Shown: positions 1-8,798 of the stretch, in pieces | Numbering within the stretch: position 1 is the first letter of the stretch | Layout: each line of letters opens with the position of its first letter | IMG/VR virus record: IMGVR_UViG_2695420411_000008 | Reading direction: 5' to 3' (one strand) | Length of the DNA stretch: 27,739 nt | From: a virus | Taxonomy: Duplodnaviria > Heunggongvirae > Uroviricota > Caudoviricetes | The notes under the pieces: model-generated | What the model saw: the letters and a program-made list of their open reading frames with translations, nothing else | What the model was told of the DNA's origin: nothing | Database searches by the model: none | Program-made: the position numbers and the translations under genes

Positions 1-759
1 ATGAGCCAAATTTTACTGCAACCTGCTAACGCGATGATTACGCTGGAAAACGTCAATAAATGGTATGGACAATTCCATGTTTTGAAAAATATAAATTTAA
101 CCGTGCAACCGGGAGAACGGATCGTTCTGTGTGGCCCTTCAGGTTCCGGTAAATCGACAACCATTCGTTGTATTAATCATCTGGAAGAACATCAACAGGG
201 ACGGATCGTGGTAGATGGCATCGAACTTAATGAAGATATCCGCAATATTGAGCGCGTCAGGCAGGAAGTGGGAATGGTCTTTCAGCATTTCAATCTCTTC
301 CCTCATCTGACCGTTCTACAGAACTGTACCCTGGCACCGATTTGGGTACGCAAGATGCCTAAGAAAGAGGCTGAAGATCTGGCGGTGCATTACCTCGAGC
401 GGGTGAGAATTGCCGAACATGCGCATAAGTTTCCCGGACAGATTTCAGGTGGTCAGCAGCAACGCGTTGCCATTGCGCGTTCGCTGTGTATGAAGCCGAA
501 AATTATGTTGTTTGATGAGCCAACGTCGGCGCTCGATCCTGAGATGGTGAAAGAGGTGCTGGATACGATGATTGGGCTGGCGCAGTCGGGTATGACAATG
601 CTGTGTGTAACACATGAGATGGGGTTTGCACGAACCGTCGCTGACCGGGTGATTTTTATGGATCGTGGGGAGATAGTGGAACAAGCTGCACCTGATGAGT
701 TTTTTGCGCATCCTAAATCAGAGCGTACGAGGGCATTTTTATCGCAGGTAATCCATTAA
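1..759 (+). CDS. yhdZ: Polar amino-acid ABC transporter ATP-binding protein (YhdZ-like); chromosomal flank
   Basis: Walker [13 protein letters not shown] signature SGGQQQRV, Walker [11 protein letters not shown] in the 252-aa ORF; near-identity to E. coli YhdZ is from memory, not a search. Confidence 0.85.
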   Translation: MSQILLQPANAMITLENVNKWYGQFHVLKNINLTVQPGERIVLCGPSGSGKSTTIRCINHLEEHQQGRIVVDGIELNEDIRNIERVRQEVGMVFQHFNLFPHLTVLQNCTLAPIWVRKMPKKEAEDLAVHYLERVRIAEHAHKFPGQISGGQQQRVAIARSLCMKPKIMLFDEPTSALDPEMVKEVLDTMIGLAQSGMTMLCVTHEMGFARTVADRVIFMDRGEIVEQAAPDEFFAHPKSERTRAFLSQVIH

Positions 760-785
760 TTGAATGTTAGTTCGAAAAGCAAAAA

Positions 786-813
786 GGCCATCCTTTCGGA
801 TGGCCTTTCGCTT
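786..813 (+). terminator. Rho-independent terminator after the ABC transporter gene
   Basis: GGCCATCC / TTTC loop / GGATGGCC perfect 8-bp stem followed by a T-rich tract. Confidence 0.7.
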
Positions 814-854
814 GATTTGATGTCTGGCAGTTTATGGCGGGCGTCCTGCCCGCC

Positions 855-864
855 NNNNNNNNNN
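855..864. other. Assembly gap (10 N)
   Basis: Run of 10 n characters; immediately preceded by a GC hairpin (GGCGGGC-GTCCT-GCCCGCC, 836-854). Confidence 0.95.
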
Positions 865-1140
865 AAAGCTGCGCGCGGTCGCGAATGTCAGGTTCGGATC
901 CCCGGCGTGTGCAACGGCAACCCAGACACAAGCGTGCTGGCGCATATTCGCCTGGCCGGGCTGTGCGGTACCGGAATTAAGCCGCCTGATCTGATTGCCA
1001 CCATTGCATGCAGCAGCTGTCACGACGAAATCGACCGCCGCACTCGCCTGGTCGACGCGGATTATGCAAAGGAGTGCGCGCTGGAGGGCATGGCCCGCAC
1101 GCAGGTTATCTGGCTGAAAGAGGGGAAGGTGAAAGCGTGA
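865..1140 (+). CDS. Lambdoid nin-region protein, DUF1364-like (Zn-binding, putative nuclease); 5' end lost in the gap
   Basis: Reading frame open straight from the N run; motif [24 protein letters not shown] and CSSCHDEID cysteine cluster; sits directly upstream of rusA as in lambdoid nin regions. Confidence 0.55.
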   Translation, partial: KAARGRECQVRIPGVCNGNPDTSVLAHIRLAGLCGTGIKPPDLIATIACSSCHDEIDRRTRLVDADYAKECALEGMARTQVIWLKEGKVKA

Positions 1141-1499
1141 GCGAGTACAAAATCACATTGCCGTGGCCACCGAGTAATAACCGCTATTACCGACACAATC
1201 GCGGGCGTACGCACATCAGCACGGAAGGGCAGGCTTACCGCGACCGCGTGGCCCAAATCATCAAAGACCAGCTGCTGGATATCGGCATCTCCGGCCCGGT
1301 GAAGATTCGCATCGAGTGCCATATGCCTGCCCGCCGCCGCCGTGACCTGGACAACCTGCAGAAGGCCGCGTTCGACGCGCTTACTAAGGCCGGATTCTGG
1401 CAGGACGATCAGCTGGTGGACGACTACCGCGTTATACGGATGCCCGTCGTCAGGGGCGGCAGGCTGGAGCTGACCATCACCGAACTGGGGGACTTATGA
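1137..1499 (+). CDS. rusA: Holliday junction resolvase RusA
   Basis: GTG start overlapping upstream stop; 120 aa with [21 protein letters not shown] and [23 protein letters not shown] motifs typical of RusA. Confidence 0.9.
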   Translation: MSEYKITLPWPPSNNRYYRHNRGRTHISTEGQAYRDRVAQIIKDQLLDIGISGPVKIRIECHMPARRRRDLDNLQKAAFDALTKAGFWQDDQLVDDYRVIRMPVVRGGRLELTITELGDL

Positions 1500-1636
1500 C
1501 ATCAGAACTGATTGAGGTAATCCGCATGCGCTGGACACGCCTCCGCATTTATCGCCGCCCGGGTTCGGTGCTGGTGGACTACCGCATTCTTCGCAATTTT
1601 ATTCGCATTAACCAGTTGGCAGGAGCTGCTGCATGA
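1496..1636 (+). CDS. Small basic hypothetical protein (46 aa), translationally coupled between rusA and Q
   Basis: ATG overlaps rusA stop (ATGA) and its stop overlaps the Q start (ATGA); Arg-rich; below the ORF-track length cutoff. Confidence 0.3.
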   Translation: MTSELIEVIRMRWTRLRIYRRPGSVLVDYRILRNFIRINQLAGAAA

Positions 1637-2463
1637 ACCTCGAAAACACCGTGAAATACCACTTCGCCAAATCGACGCTGATTAGCGACTCTCCGCGCGC
1701 TACGGCCTCCGACTCGCTGACCGGAACGGACATCATGGCAGCCATGGGCATGACCCAGGAACGCGCCGCCATGGGCTACAGTGCCTTTCTCGGAAAGATG
1801 GGCATCAGCAACAACGATCGGGAGAGAGCGATCGAGCTGCTGGCCCAGTATGCGCTGACAAAATGCGATAGCGTGGCTGCCCTGCGCAAACTGGACGCTG
1901 GGGTTAAACCGCTGGTGATGCGCCAGCTTGCTACCTTCGCTTTTGAGGACTATTCCCGCAGCGCCGCCAGCGTCAAGAGGTGCGAATGTTGCGCAGGGCA
2001 GGGGTTCATTGAGGCTGACGTTTTTAGTATGAAAACCAGCATCTCTGGCTGCGCAAAAGACATCATTCAAAAATCAAAAAAATGGGGGCTGAAGGTTATC
2101 CCTTCGCAGCATCAGAATCGGCGTGAGGTGAAAGAGGTGGCCCGGGTGCTGTGCTCGGCCTGCAAAGGGAAGAAGGTCGTCAGCTGCGCATGTAATGACT
2201 GCCAGGGGCGCGGAAAAGCTGTCAGCAAGACGCTGACAGAAAAGCAGGGCGCGCCGGTGATGGCCGACTGCAAGCGCTGCGGCGGGCGCGGGTATGAGCG
2301 GATCCCCTCGACTGAGGCATATGCGGCTGTTTGCCTTATTACCGACGCCATTACTCTGGACACCTGGAAAAAGTCAGTGAAGCCGTTTTACGACCGGCTG
2401 ATCACCAAATTCGACATGGAAGAAGCGTGGGCCGAATCGCAACTGCGAGCAATAACTCGATAA
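1633..2463 (+). CDS. Q: Late-gene antitermination protein Q
   Basis: AGGAG RBS 7 nt upstream; position after rusA and before the lysis cassette; Cys-rich zinc-finger-like segment (CSACKGKKVVSCACNDCQGRGK, CKRCGGRG). Confidence 0.7.
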   Translation: MNLENTVKYHFAKSTLISDSPRATASDSLTGTDIMAAMGMTQERAAMGYSAFLGKMGISNNDRERAIELLAQYALTKCDSVAALRKLDAGVKPLVMRQLATFAFEDYSRSAASVKRCECCAGQGFIEADVFSMKTSISGCAKDIIQKSKKWGLKVIPSQHQNRREVKEVARVLCSACKGKKVVSCACNDCQGRGKAVSKTLTEKQGAPVMADCKRCGGRGYERIPSTEAYAAVCLITDAITLDTWKKSVKPFYDRLITKFDMEEAWAESQLRAITR

Positions 2464-2469
2464 AGCACC

Positions 2470-2545
2470 AATTAATCGCTGTCGATTTTATCGTGAGCTA
2501 TTTACTTTTCCCGAATCTGTGTTAATTTCTCTCCAACGATGGGTT
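2470..2545 (+). promoter_or_regulatory. Probable Q-dependent late promoter (PR'-like) and Q-utilisation region
   Basis: AT-rich segment directly downstream of Q and upstream of a strong hairpin; exact -35/-10 not assignable by eye. Confidence 0.35.
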
Positions 2546-2558
2546 ACTGCCTTCGTTT

Positions 2559-2588
2559 AAAGCCCTGCGGTTAACCCCGCGGGGCTTT
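2559..2588 (+). terminator. tR'-like hairpin terminator in the late leader
   Basis: 12-bp stem AAAGCCCTGCGG / CCGCGGGGCTTT (one G-U pair), 6-nt loop, followed by GCCGTTTCTGG. Confidence 0.5.
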
Positions 2589-2843
2589 GCCGTTTCTGGA
2601 GGGTATGAAAATGTAGAGTAGAACGGACACACCGTAGCCGAAAGGCAATGCAGCAGTCATGATGCTGCCCCGAGTCGCCATTGAGCGAGCCTGTGTAGTG
2701 ACGGGTCAGGGTTCATAGATTAAAAATAGCTCCGGTAAAGCAGCGCGAAAGCCAGACGCGCACCGGTGATAAGCGGCGATGATGCGACAGCAGCTCAAGG
2801 GCATGAGCGTGGCCACTCCGGGAAGTGGCAAAGAATTTATAGA

Positions 2844-2871
2844 GGCTCGCATACGCGGGCCTTTTCTTTTT
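2844..2871 (+). terminator. Second intrinsic terminator-like hairpin in the late leader
   Basis: GGCTCGC / ATAC / GCGGGCC (one mismatch) followed by TTTTCTTTTT. Confidence 0.4.
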
Positions 2872-2971
2872 CAGGCTCCGGGAAACCTCCTCAACAAGCC
2901 TTGTTGTTAATGCAGCCCGAGAGCCTGATCCCCATTACACATAGCACCCCGAAATAATCGGAGGTGAGAGC

Positions 2972-3187
2972 ATGTTACGCATGGAAAAACTAACCACTGG
3001 CATCGCCTATGGTGCATCAGCGACTAACGCTGGTTACTGGAGCCTGCAGTTGCTTGACCAGGTGTCACCATCGCAGTGGGCAGCCATTGGTGTGCTTGGC
3101 AGCCTGGTGTTCGGGCTGCTGACGTATCTGACAAACCTGTATTTCAAAATCAAAGAGGACCGGCGCAAAGCCGCCAGGGGGGAATAG
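2972..3187 (+). CDS. Holin, phage 21 S-like pinholin, with dual-start motif
   Basis: GGAGG RBS; N-terminus M-L-R-M-E-K (two in-frame Mets 3 codons apart flanking Arg); two TM segments; close resemblance to S21. Confidence 0.9.
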   Translation: MLRMEKLTTGIAYGASATNAGYWSLQLLDQVSPSQWAAIGVLGSLVFGLLTYLTNLYFKIKEDRRKAARGE

Positions 3188-3723
3188 TGGCTGACAGATC
3201 AAAGCTTAGCGCTGCGGTATTAGGTCTTATCCTCGCCGGTGCGTCAGCGCCCGTTATTCTCGATCAGTTCCTGAATGAGAAGGAAGGCAACAGCCTGATT
3301 GCTTATCAGGACGGTGGCGGCGTCTGGACTATTTGCCGCGGCGCCACGCTGGTAGATGGTAAACCAGTTCGCCAGGGCATGAAGCTGACGCAGGCCAAAT
3401 GTGACCAGGTGAATGCCGTTGAGCGAAATAAAGCGCTGGCCTGGGTTGAACGCAATATCAGGGTGCCGCTGACCGAACCGCAAAAGGCCGGAATAGCTTC
3501 TTTCTGCCCGTATAACATCGGGCCCGGTAAGTGCTTCCCCTCGACGTTCTATAAGCGCATCAATGCCGGTGACCGTAAAGGGGCATGCGAAGCGATCCGC
3601 TGGTGGATAAAAGATGGCGGCCGGGATTGCCGGCTAACCAAGGGGCAGAAGAACGGATGCTTCGGTCAGGTGGAACGCCGCGACCAAGAAAGCGCGTTGG
3701 CATGCTGGGGGCTCGATAAATGA
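3187..3723 (+). CDS. SAR endolysin (T4-lysozyme-type muramidase with N-terminal signal-anchor-release domain)
   Basis: GTG start overlaps holin stop; Gly/Ala-rich weakly hydrophobic N-terminus; catalytic spacing E-x8-D-x5-T in EGNSLIAYQDGGGVWT. Confidence 0.85.
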   Translation: MADRSKLSAAVLGLILAGASAPVILDQFLNEKEGNSLIAYQDGGGVWTICRGATLVDGKPVRQGMKLTQAKCDQVNAVERNKALAWVERNIRVPLTEPQKAGIASFCPYNIGPGKCFPSTFYKRINAGDRKGACEAIRWWIKDGGRDCRLTKGQKNGCFGQVERRDQESALACWGLDK

Positions 3724-4112
3724 AAGCTCGTCACATCATTGCGATTGCCATATTCCTCCTTTGCCTGTTCGGCGGGGCGTGCTGGTCGGCATGGTATTAC
3801 AGCGACAAAGCCAGTAGCGAAAAGGAGCGGGCCGATAGCGCAGAACAGCAGGCTGAGACCGCGAATGCTGTCACCGCGAACGTGATTCGGGCCGTGAGTA
3901 TCATCAACGCCATTTCAGAGGCGAACCAGAATGCAAAGAACAAGATCGCACTGGAGTCACAGAGAGCCCAGGCAGATATCAAAGTGGCTGTTGCGGATGA
4001 TGATTGCGCTCGTCGGCCTGTGCCTGCTGCAGCTGCTAACCGGCTGCGGGAATACGCGGACAGTTTACGTGCAGGCGCCGGTGGTGCCCCTGCCGGCGAA
4101 CCTGACAGCTGA
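3720..4112 (+). CDS. Spanin inner-membrane subunit (Rz-like)
   Basis: ATGA overlap with endolysin stop; N-terminal TM helix then a coiled-coil-like periplasmic domain. Confidence 0.7.
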   Translation: MKARHIIAIAIFLLCLFGGACWSAWYYSDKASSEKERADSAEQQAETANAVTANVIRAVSIINAISEANQNAKNKIALESQRAQADIKVAVADDDCARRPVPAAAANRLREYADSLRAGAGGAPAGEPDS

Positions 4113-4260
4113 AACACCACAGCCTGCCATTCCCGAGCCGCTGACCTACGGGGACAGTCTGGATCTGAATGTCAGTCTGCTATCGGCGCTGGGGCAATGC
4201 AATCGGGATAAGGCTGATATATGGAAGGTTGAACTTTCACGCACATCTCATTTTAAATAA
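3997..4260 (+). CDS. Spanin outer-membrane lipoprotein subunit (Rz1-like), overlapping Rz in another frame
   Basis: Signal peptide with lipobox LLTGC, Pro-rich mature part; starts inside Rz and extends past its stop. Confidence 0.6.
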   Translation: MMIALVGLCLLQLLTGCGNTRTVYVQAPVVPLPANLTAETPQPAIPEPLTYGDSLDLNVSLLSALGQCNRDKADIWKVELSRTSHFK

Positions 4261-4266
4261 CAATAT

Positions 4267-4294
4267 TTGCGAAAGTTACCCGTTTCGCTATCAT
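4267..4294 (+). promoter_or_regulatory. Candidate sigma70 promoter
   Basis: TTGCGA - 16 nt - TATCAT immediately after Rz1. Confidence 0.3.
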
Positions 4295-4648
4295 AAAAAA
4301 TGTTAACCCACGGAAAGTTCAAGGAGGTCTTTTTGACCCAGTTTTTGGACTTCCCCTTAAGCAACCGTTGATCGTGACGTCAGGGTTCCTGAGCCAGGGG
4401 TAACAGAAATCGAGAGGATAGTGCGAAGGGAGAATTCCGAGATGGATGACCATCTTGAGATTTTTACCACCCGCGTCTGGGACGTTGGAGTCTCCCGCCT
4501 TTCAGGTCACGCTGTTGGGTCAATTCATGAAAAGCCAAGGGGCTCAGGTGACGCTGCTTGGTTTGGCCCCGAAATGTCCGTCGCGTCATTAGGGATAACT
4601 GAACCTTGTAGTAATTCGCATTAGCTTGGCCTTCCTTTCACCTACAAA

Positions 4649-4668
4649 CCGCCTACGGGCGGTTTTTT
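4649..4668 (+). terminator. Rho-independent terminator (possibly bidirectional)
   Basis: CCGCC-TACG-GGCGG hairpin followed by TTTTTT; reverse strand has hairpin then TTTGT. Confidence 0.6.
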
Positions 4669-4759
4669 AGTGTCAACGCTATGGACAAACTCATCTTTAT
4701 GGCTACATCCCCCGGAGGGGATGCGTAAAAGGCTTAAGAAAAATGATTTTGAAAAATGC

Positions 4760-5020
4760 TTATTGTGCTCTGCCTAGTAGAGCAGCGACTCTCTCGTTTA
4801 ATTTTTCTAGGTATCCATCTTTAGCGGGAATGTCGAATTCGATGGGGTCGGCCTTAGAAACCCCTTCTAAATAAACATCTCCGAGGTGAGTTTCTTTCCC
4901 CACAACTCCGTTTAAAGCCGTTGATAATACAGCAATAGCAACACGAGAAGCGTGGCTGTGTAACTGTAACTCTTCAACCAAATCCTCAAGATGGGCAATT
5001 CTTTTTTCTACATCTGACAT
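4760..5020 (-). CDS. Hypothetical 86-aa protein, antisense to the late operon
   Basis: Clean ORF on minus strand in a locally AT-rich segment between lysis and terminase genes; charged helical-looking sequence; no family recognised. Confidence 0.5.
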   Translation of the reverse strand: MSDVEKRIAHLEDLVEELQLHSHASRVAIAVLSTALNGVVGKETHLGDVYLEGVSKADPIEFDIPAKDGYLEKLNERVAALLGRAQ

Positions 5021-5156
5021 AGTCGTTCCTTTGCATCAAAGTTCTTAGGGTTGAAACATGACACTTGTATAGAAGCAAAATAATTTTTGCCGCTAATACT
5101 TCGTCATTTTCAATGGTTACTATCGCCTCGTTTATTGGAATATTCCAGAGAGTTTT

Positions 5157-5864
5157 ATGGCAAAACCGGACTGGGGAAGCCTCCAAAGACGGTTCCTCGC
5201 CGAGCATGCCAAAACAGGTATATCGCCGAAAGAATGGTGCGAAGCGCAGGGACTGAATTATACATCTGCGCGCAGGTACATCAAAAAGCCTGCTGCGCAA
5301 AAAACTGCGCAAAAGGATGTGCGCAAAACTGCGCAAAGCCAGATGCCGCATGTAGTAGTGGTTGAAGCCTCTACGCCAGTTGAGGGCGATACTGCGCAGG
5401 AAAACGCAGGCATCCTTAAACCACAGCATGAGCAGTTTGCGCAGAACATCGCGCGGGGCATGCCGCAGAAAGAGGCGGCGATATGCGCGGGCTATTCGCC
5501 TTCACGCGCTGATTCCCAGGCATCGATACTTTTCAAACGCCCGGATGTGCGCAGGCGCATCAGAGAGCTGCGTCAGGATGCCGCTCTGCTCGTATCATTC
5601 GACGCGAAAGACCTGGCTGAACTCTCCTACAAATCGGCGAAAGCCGCGCTGGACGCTGAGAAGTTTGGGCAGGTAGCCCCGAACATCAAAAACGCCGCGC
5701 AGCTCACCGGCATCGACATGAGCAACAAAACGGAAGTGAATGTCGATCTGGCTGGCCTGAGTTACGGAAAGGTCTGCATCGTCACGCCGTCGAACTGCCC
5801 GCCTGAAGCGTGGGCAGCGCACATGGATAAGCTGCGCGAGGGAAAGCAGACAGCCCAACAATAA
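5157..5864 (+). CDS. Terminase small subunit
   Basis: Directly upstream of terL; N-terminal HTH-like segment [25 protein letters not shown]. Confidence 0.75.
   Translation: MAKPDWGSLQRRFLAEHAKTGISPKEWCEAQGLNYTSARRYIKKPAAQKTAQKDVRKTAQSQMPHVVVVEASTPVEGDTAQENAGILKPQHEQFAQNIARGMPQKEAAICAGYSPSRADSQASILFKRPDVRRRIRELRQDAALLVSFDAKDLAELSYKSAKAALDAEKFGQVAPNIKNAAQLTGIDMSNKTEVNVDLAGLSYGKVCIVTPSNCPPEAWAAHMDKLREGKQTAQQ
5294..5337 (+). repeat. Four spaced copies of TGCGCAAA inside terS
   Basis: TGCGCAAA at 5294, 5306, 5320 and 5330; encodes a repeated AQK(T/D) peptide. Confidence 0.6.
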
Positions 5865-5899
5865 TCGATGGTGTCCTGTACTCATTCAGTAGCGACTGG

Positions 5900-7105
5900 G
5901 TGCTCGGGACGCTGTACGACGCACCGATAGGCTCTGTCCGCTGGCGCTGGACGTATGGCGGTCGTGGTGGCGGCAAATCGGTAGAGATTGCCCGCGCGCT
6001 GGTATTGTTGGGCGCTATCGAGCCAATGATCATCCTGTGCGCTCGTGAGTTCCAGAACTCTATCAACGATTCGGTACTGGCACTGCTGGACGCTGAAATC
6101 CACTCGCTTGGCCTGGCGCACTTCTACAAGGTCAAGAACAACGAGATAGAGGGCAGCAACGGCACGCGGTTTACCTTCAAAGGTCTGCGCAACAACATCC
6201 AGAGCATTAAGTCGATGCACGGCATCAAAATATGCTGGGTAGAGGAAGCGCAAACCGTATCGCAGGATAGCTGGGACATCCTCGGTCCGACCGTTCGCGC
6301 CAATAAATCCGAAGTGTGGGTGTCGTTCAACCCGCGCGAAGCTACCGACCCGACCTACGCCATGATGGAGCGGCACCGCGCCGATCCCCCTGATGGCGGA
6401 GCGATTATTACCTGCGTCAACTACTGCGATAACGCATTCTTCCCTGACGTGCTCAGGCACGAGATGGAATACTGCAAGCGTATCGACTTCGAGGCTTACG
6501 AGCATATCTGGCTGGGGCTGCCGAAGGCGCTCAGTGAGGCCGTTATCTTCTCCGGCAAGTACCGGGTTGAGGCATTCTCTGACGACCTGTGGAAAGAAGC
6601 CGATCGCCTGTTTTATGGGGCTGACTTCGGTTTCGCCAACGACCCATCCACTCTGGTCCGTTGCTTCATTATCGGCACCCGATTGTACATCGAGTACGAA
6701 GCCTACGGCGTCGGCGTCGAGCTGGACGAAATGGCGCAGTTCTATGACTCCATCCCGGAATCCAGAAAATGGCCCATTCACGGCGACTGCAGCCGGCCGG
6801 AGACCATCAGTTATCTTTCGCGTCAGGGCTTCATCATCGACGGCGCTACCAAATGGCCGGGGAGCGTTGAGGACGGCATTACCTACCTGAAAGGGTTCGA
6901 AGAAATCATCATCCATGAGCGCTGTAAGCACATGGTCGATGAGGCGCGCCTTTACTCCTACAAAACCGACCGCATGACCGGCGAAGTGCTGCCGGTTGTC
7001 GTGGATAAGCATAACCACCTGTGGGATGCCGTGCGCTACTCGCTGGATGGATACATCACAAGCGTTGGCGATCTCGGTGTCTGGGCCGCCCTGGGCAAAC
7101 AATAA
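5900..7105 (+). CDS. Terminase large subunit
   Basis: Walker A GGRGGGKS near the N-terminus, C-terminal nuclease-like region; GTG start as in ORF track, true start uncertain. Confidence 0.9.
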   Translation: MLGTLYDAPIGSVRWRWTYGGRGGGKSVEIARALVLLGAIEPMIILCAREFQNSINDSVLALLDAEIHSLGLAHFYKVKNNEIEGSNGTRFTFKGLRNNIQSIKSMHGIKICWVEEAQTVSQDSWDILGPTVRANKSEVWVSFNPREATDPTYAMMERHRADPPDGGAIITCVNYCDNAFFPDVLRHEMEYCKRIDFEAYEHIWLGLPKALSEAVIFSGKYRVEAFSDDLWKEADRLFYGADFGFANDPSTLVRCFIIGTRLYIEYEAYGVGVELDEMAQFYDSIPESRKWPIHGDCSRPETISYLSRQGFIIDGATKWPGSVEDGITYLKGFEEIIIHERCKHMVDEARLYSYKTDRMTGEVLPVVVDKHNHLWDAVRYSLDGYITSVGDLGVWAALGKQ

Positions 7106-7117
7106 TAGTGAGGGGAT

Positions 7118-8596
7118 ATGTCCCGAAAGAAACGCCAGAGCGGCGCACAAAAGCCCGTCCGGACTGGTGACGGGTACAACAACTTCGCGGCTAAGCTCGG
7201 CGGCTATACATCCAACATCCAGAGCGGTGGGAGCTATCAGCCTGGCTATATCTCGCGTAACCGCGTACAGCTGGAATTTGCGTATCGTTCATCGTTTTTG
7301 GTGGGCGCCGGTGTAGACGCTATGGCCGATGATATGACCCGCAAGGGCATAAACATCAGTTCCAAGCTCGAGCCCGGACAGAAGGGTAAATTTGAGATGT
7401 TCTGGGATGACATTGCCATCTGGGACGGACTGAACGACACCCTGAAGTGGTCCCGGCTGTACGGCGGCGCGCTGCTGGTGGTGCTGCTGGAAGGGCAGGA
7501 CATGTCCACTCCGCTGAAGCTCGACCGCATCAAAGAGGGTCAGTTCAAGGGGGTGATGTGCCTCGACCGCTGGCAGGTAACCCCGAGCTATTACGACCTG
7601 GTGACCGATTACGGCCCGGAGTTCGGCAAGCCGAAGTACTACAAGGTGGTGACCAACCAGCAGGGGATCCCCCCGTGGAAGATTCACCACAGCCGCATTA
7701 TCCGCATGGAAGGTGACACACTGCCATTCCAGCAGGCGCAGACCGAGAACGGCTGGGGAATGTCGGTAGTCGAGCGTATCTACGAGCGCATTCAGGCGTT
7801 CGATACCGCAACCGTCGGCACTACACAGCTGATTCACAAGGCGCACCTGCGTACCTACAGCATTGACGGATTGCGTAAGATTCTGGCCACTGGCGGCACG
7901 CTGGAAGATGGTCTGATGAAGCACATGGACATGATCCGTGAGTTCCAGACCATAGAAGGCATGACCATCATGGATAAGTCGGACGAGTTCCAGACCCACA
8001 GTTACTCGTTCGCCGGGATCGCTGATGTCATCCTGCGCTTTGCTGAGCAGGTATCCGGCGCAACTGGGATCCCGCTGGTGCGCCTGTTCGGGCAGTCACC
8101 ATCCGGATTCAGCACCGGCGACGGGGATCTGGAGAACTACTACAGCCGCGTTAACTCGCTGCAGGAGCGCCGCCTGCGCCGACACATCCGCTGGCTGCTG
8201 GATATCTCCTGGCGCTCCCTGTTCGGACAGCCCCTGCCGGAAGACTTCACCTTCGAGTTCAACAAGCTCTGGGAGATGTCGGACACTGACCGGGCGACAA
8301 TGGCCAGCAACGTGGCCACCGCCCTGGCGACTGCCGTGCGCGACATCGGTATGCCGCAGCATGCCGCGCTGAACGACCTGCGCAACCTGTCCGACATCAT
8401 CGGTATCGGCGGCTCTATCACCGACAAGGATATTGAAGATGCCAAAGCAGAATGGGAGGAGGCTGAATCTGAAACCGAACCTCCGCCGCAAATCGGAGCG
8501 CCAGTATCAGAAAAGTCTACAGGAGATAGCGCGTCAGTGCGGCGCGATAGTAACTGGCTCCTACGATGGTTCGGAAGCGAGCGCCGAGCAGGTTAG
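7118..8596 (+). CDS. Portal protein
   Basis: 492-aa ORF immediately after terL and before the head-morphogenesis gene; last ~50 aa overlap the next gene and look compositionally odd. Confidence 0.8.
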   Translation: MSRKKRQSGAQKPVRTGDGYNNFAAKLGGYTSNIQSGGSYQPGYISRNRVQLEFAYRSSFLVGAGVDAMADDMTRKGINISSKLEPGQKGKFEMFWDDIAIWDGLNDTLKWSRLYGGALLVVLLEGQDMSTPLKLDRIKEGQFKGVMCLDRWQVTPSYYDLVTDYGPEFGKPKYYKVVTNQQGIPPWKIHHSRIIRMEGDTLPFQQAQTENGWGMSVVERIYERIQAFDTATVGTTQLIHKAHLRTYSIDGLRKILATGGTLEDGLMKHMDMIREFQTIEGMTIMDKSDEFQTHSYSFAGIADVILRFAEQVSGATGIPLVRLFGQSPSGFSTGDGDLENYYSRVNSLQERRLRRHIRWLLDISWRSLFGQPLPEDFTFEFNKLWEMSDTDRATMASNVATALATAVRDIGMPQHAALNDLRNLSDIIGIGGSITDKDIEDAKAEWEEAESETEPPPQIGAPVSEKSTGDSASVRRDSNWLLRWFGSERRAG

Positions 8597-8798
8597 CGCC
8601 CGGCTGATAGATTACTCGCTGCTGATTGACGACTGGGCCGACCGGGTAGCCAAACGCATGTTCCTGCAGGTTGAGCAGGAGGAGTGGAACCAGTGGCGCT
8701 CTGTGTCGCAGGAAATCTCTGAGGGGCTGCGGGATGTTGTCGGCAATACGCCGGTGGGGTTCGTGGCTCAGGACATCGTATCCCGCAGGTGCAGCTGA
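8439..8798 (+). CDS. Head morphogenesis protein (SPP1 gp7 / Mu F-like), N-terminal fragment
   Basis: Frame-0 ORF with LIDYSLLIDDWADRVAKRMF segment; ends at TGA 8796-8798 just where the conserved domain continues in another frame. Confidence 0.55.
   Translation: MPKQNGRRLNLKPNLRRKSERQYQKSLQEIARQCGAIVTGSYDGSEASAEQVSARLIDYSLLIDDWADRVAKRMFLQVEQEEWNQWRSVSQEISEGLRDVVGNTPVGFVAQDIVSRRCS

Noticed and set aside
760-864. N-terminal part of the ORF-track protein 760-1140
   Set aside because: This part covers the transporter terminator hairpins and runs through the 10-N gap; only the portion after the gap is credible coding sequence.
2766-2957. 63-aa ORF in the late leader
   Set aside because: No RBS and low-complexity composition; it spans a terminator-like hairpin.
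3076-3186. Upstream ATG start for the endolysin as given in the ORF track
   Set aside because: It would put 37 codons inside the holin gene; the GTG at 3187 overlapping the holin stop gives the expected SAR N-terminus.
4421-4624. 67-aa plus-strand ORF in the Rz1-terS intergenic region
   Set aside because: No RBS and implausible composition; the region is better explained as a structured RNA or UTR.
5882-7150. 422-aa minus-strand ORF
   Set aside because: Lies entirely antisense to the terminase large subunit, whose Walker A motif and context are convincing; long antisense ORFs are expected in GC-rich coding DNA.
7289-7999. 236-aa minus-strand ORF
   Set aside because: Antisense to the portal gene; His/Leu/Val/Gln-rich composition typical of a shadow frame.
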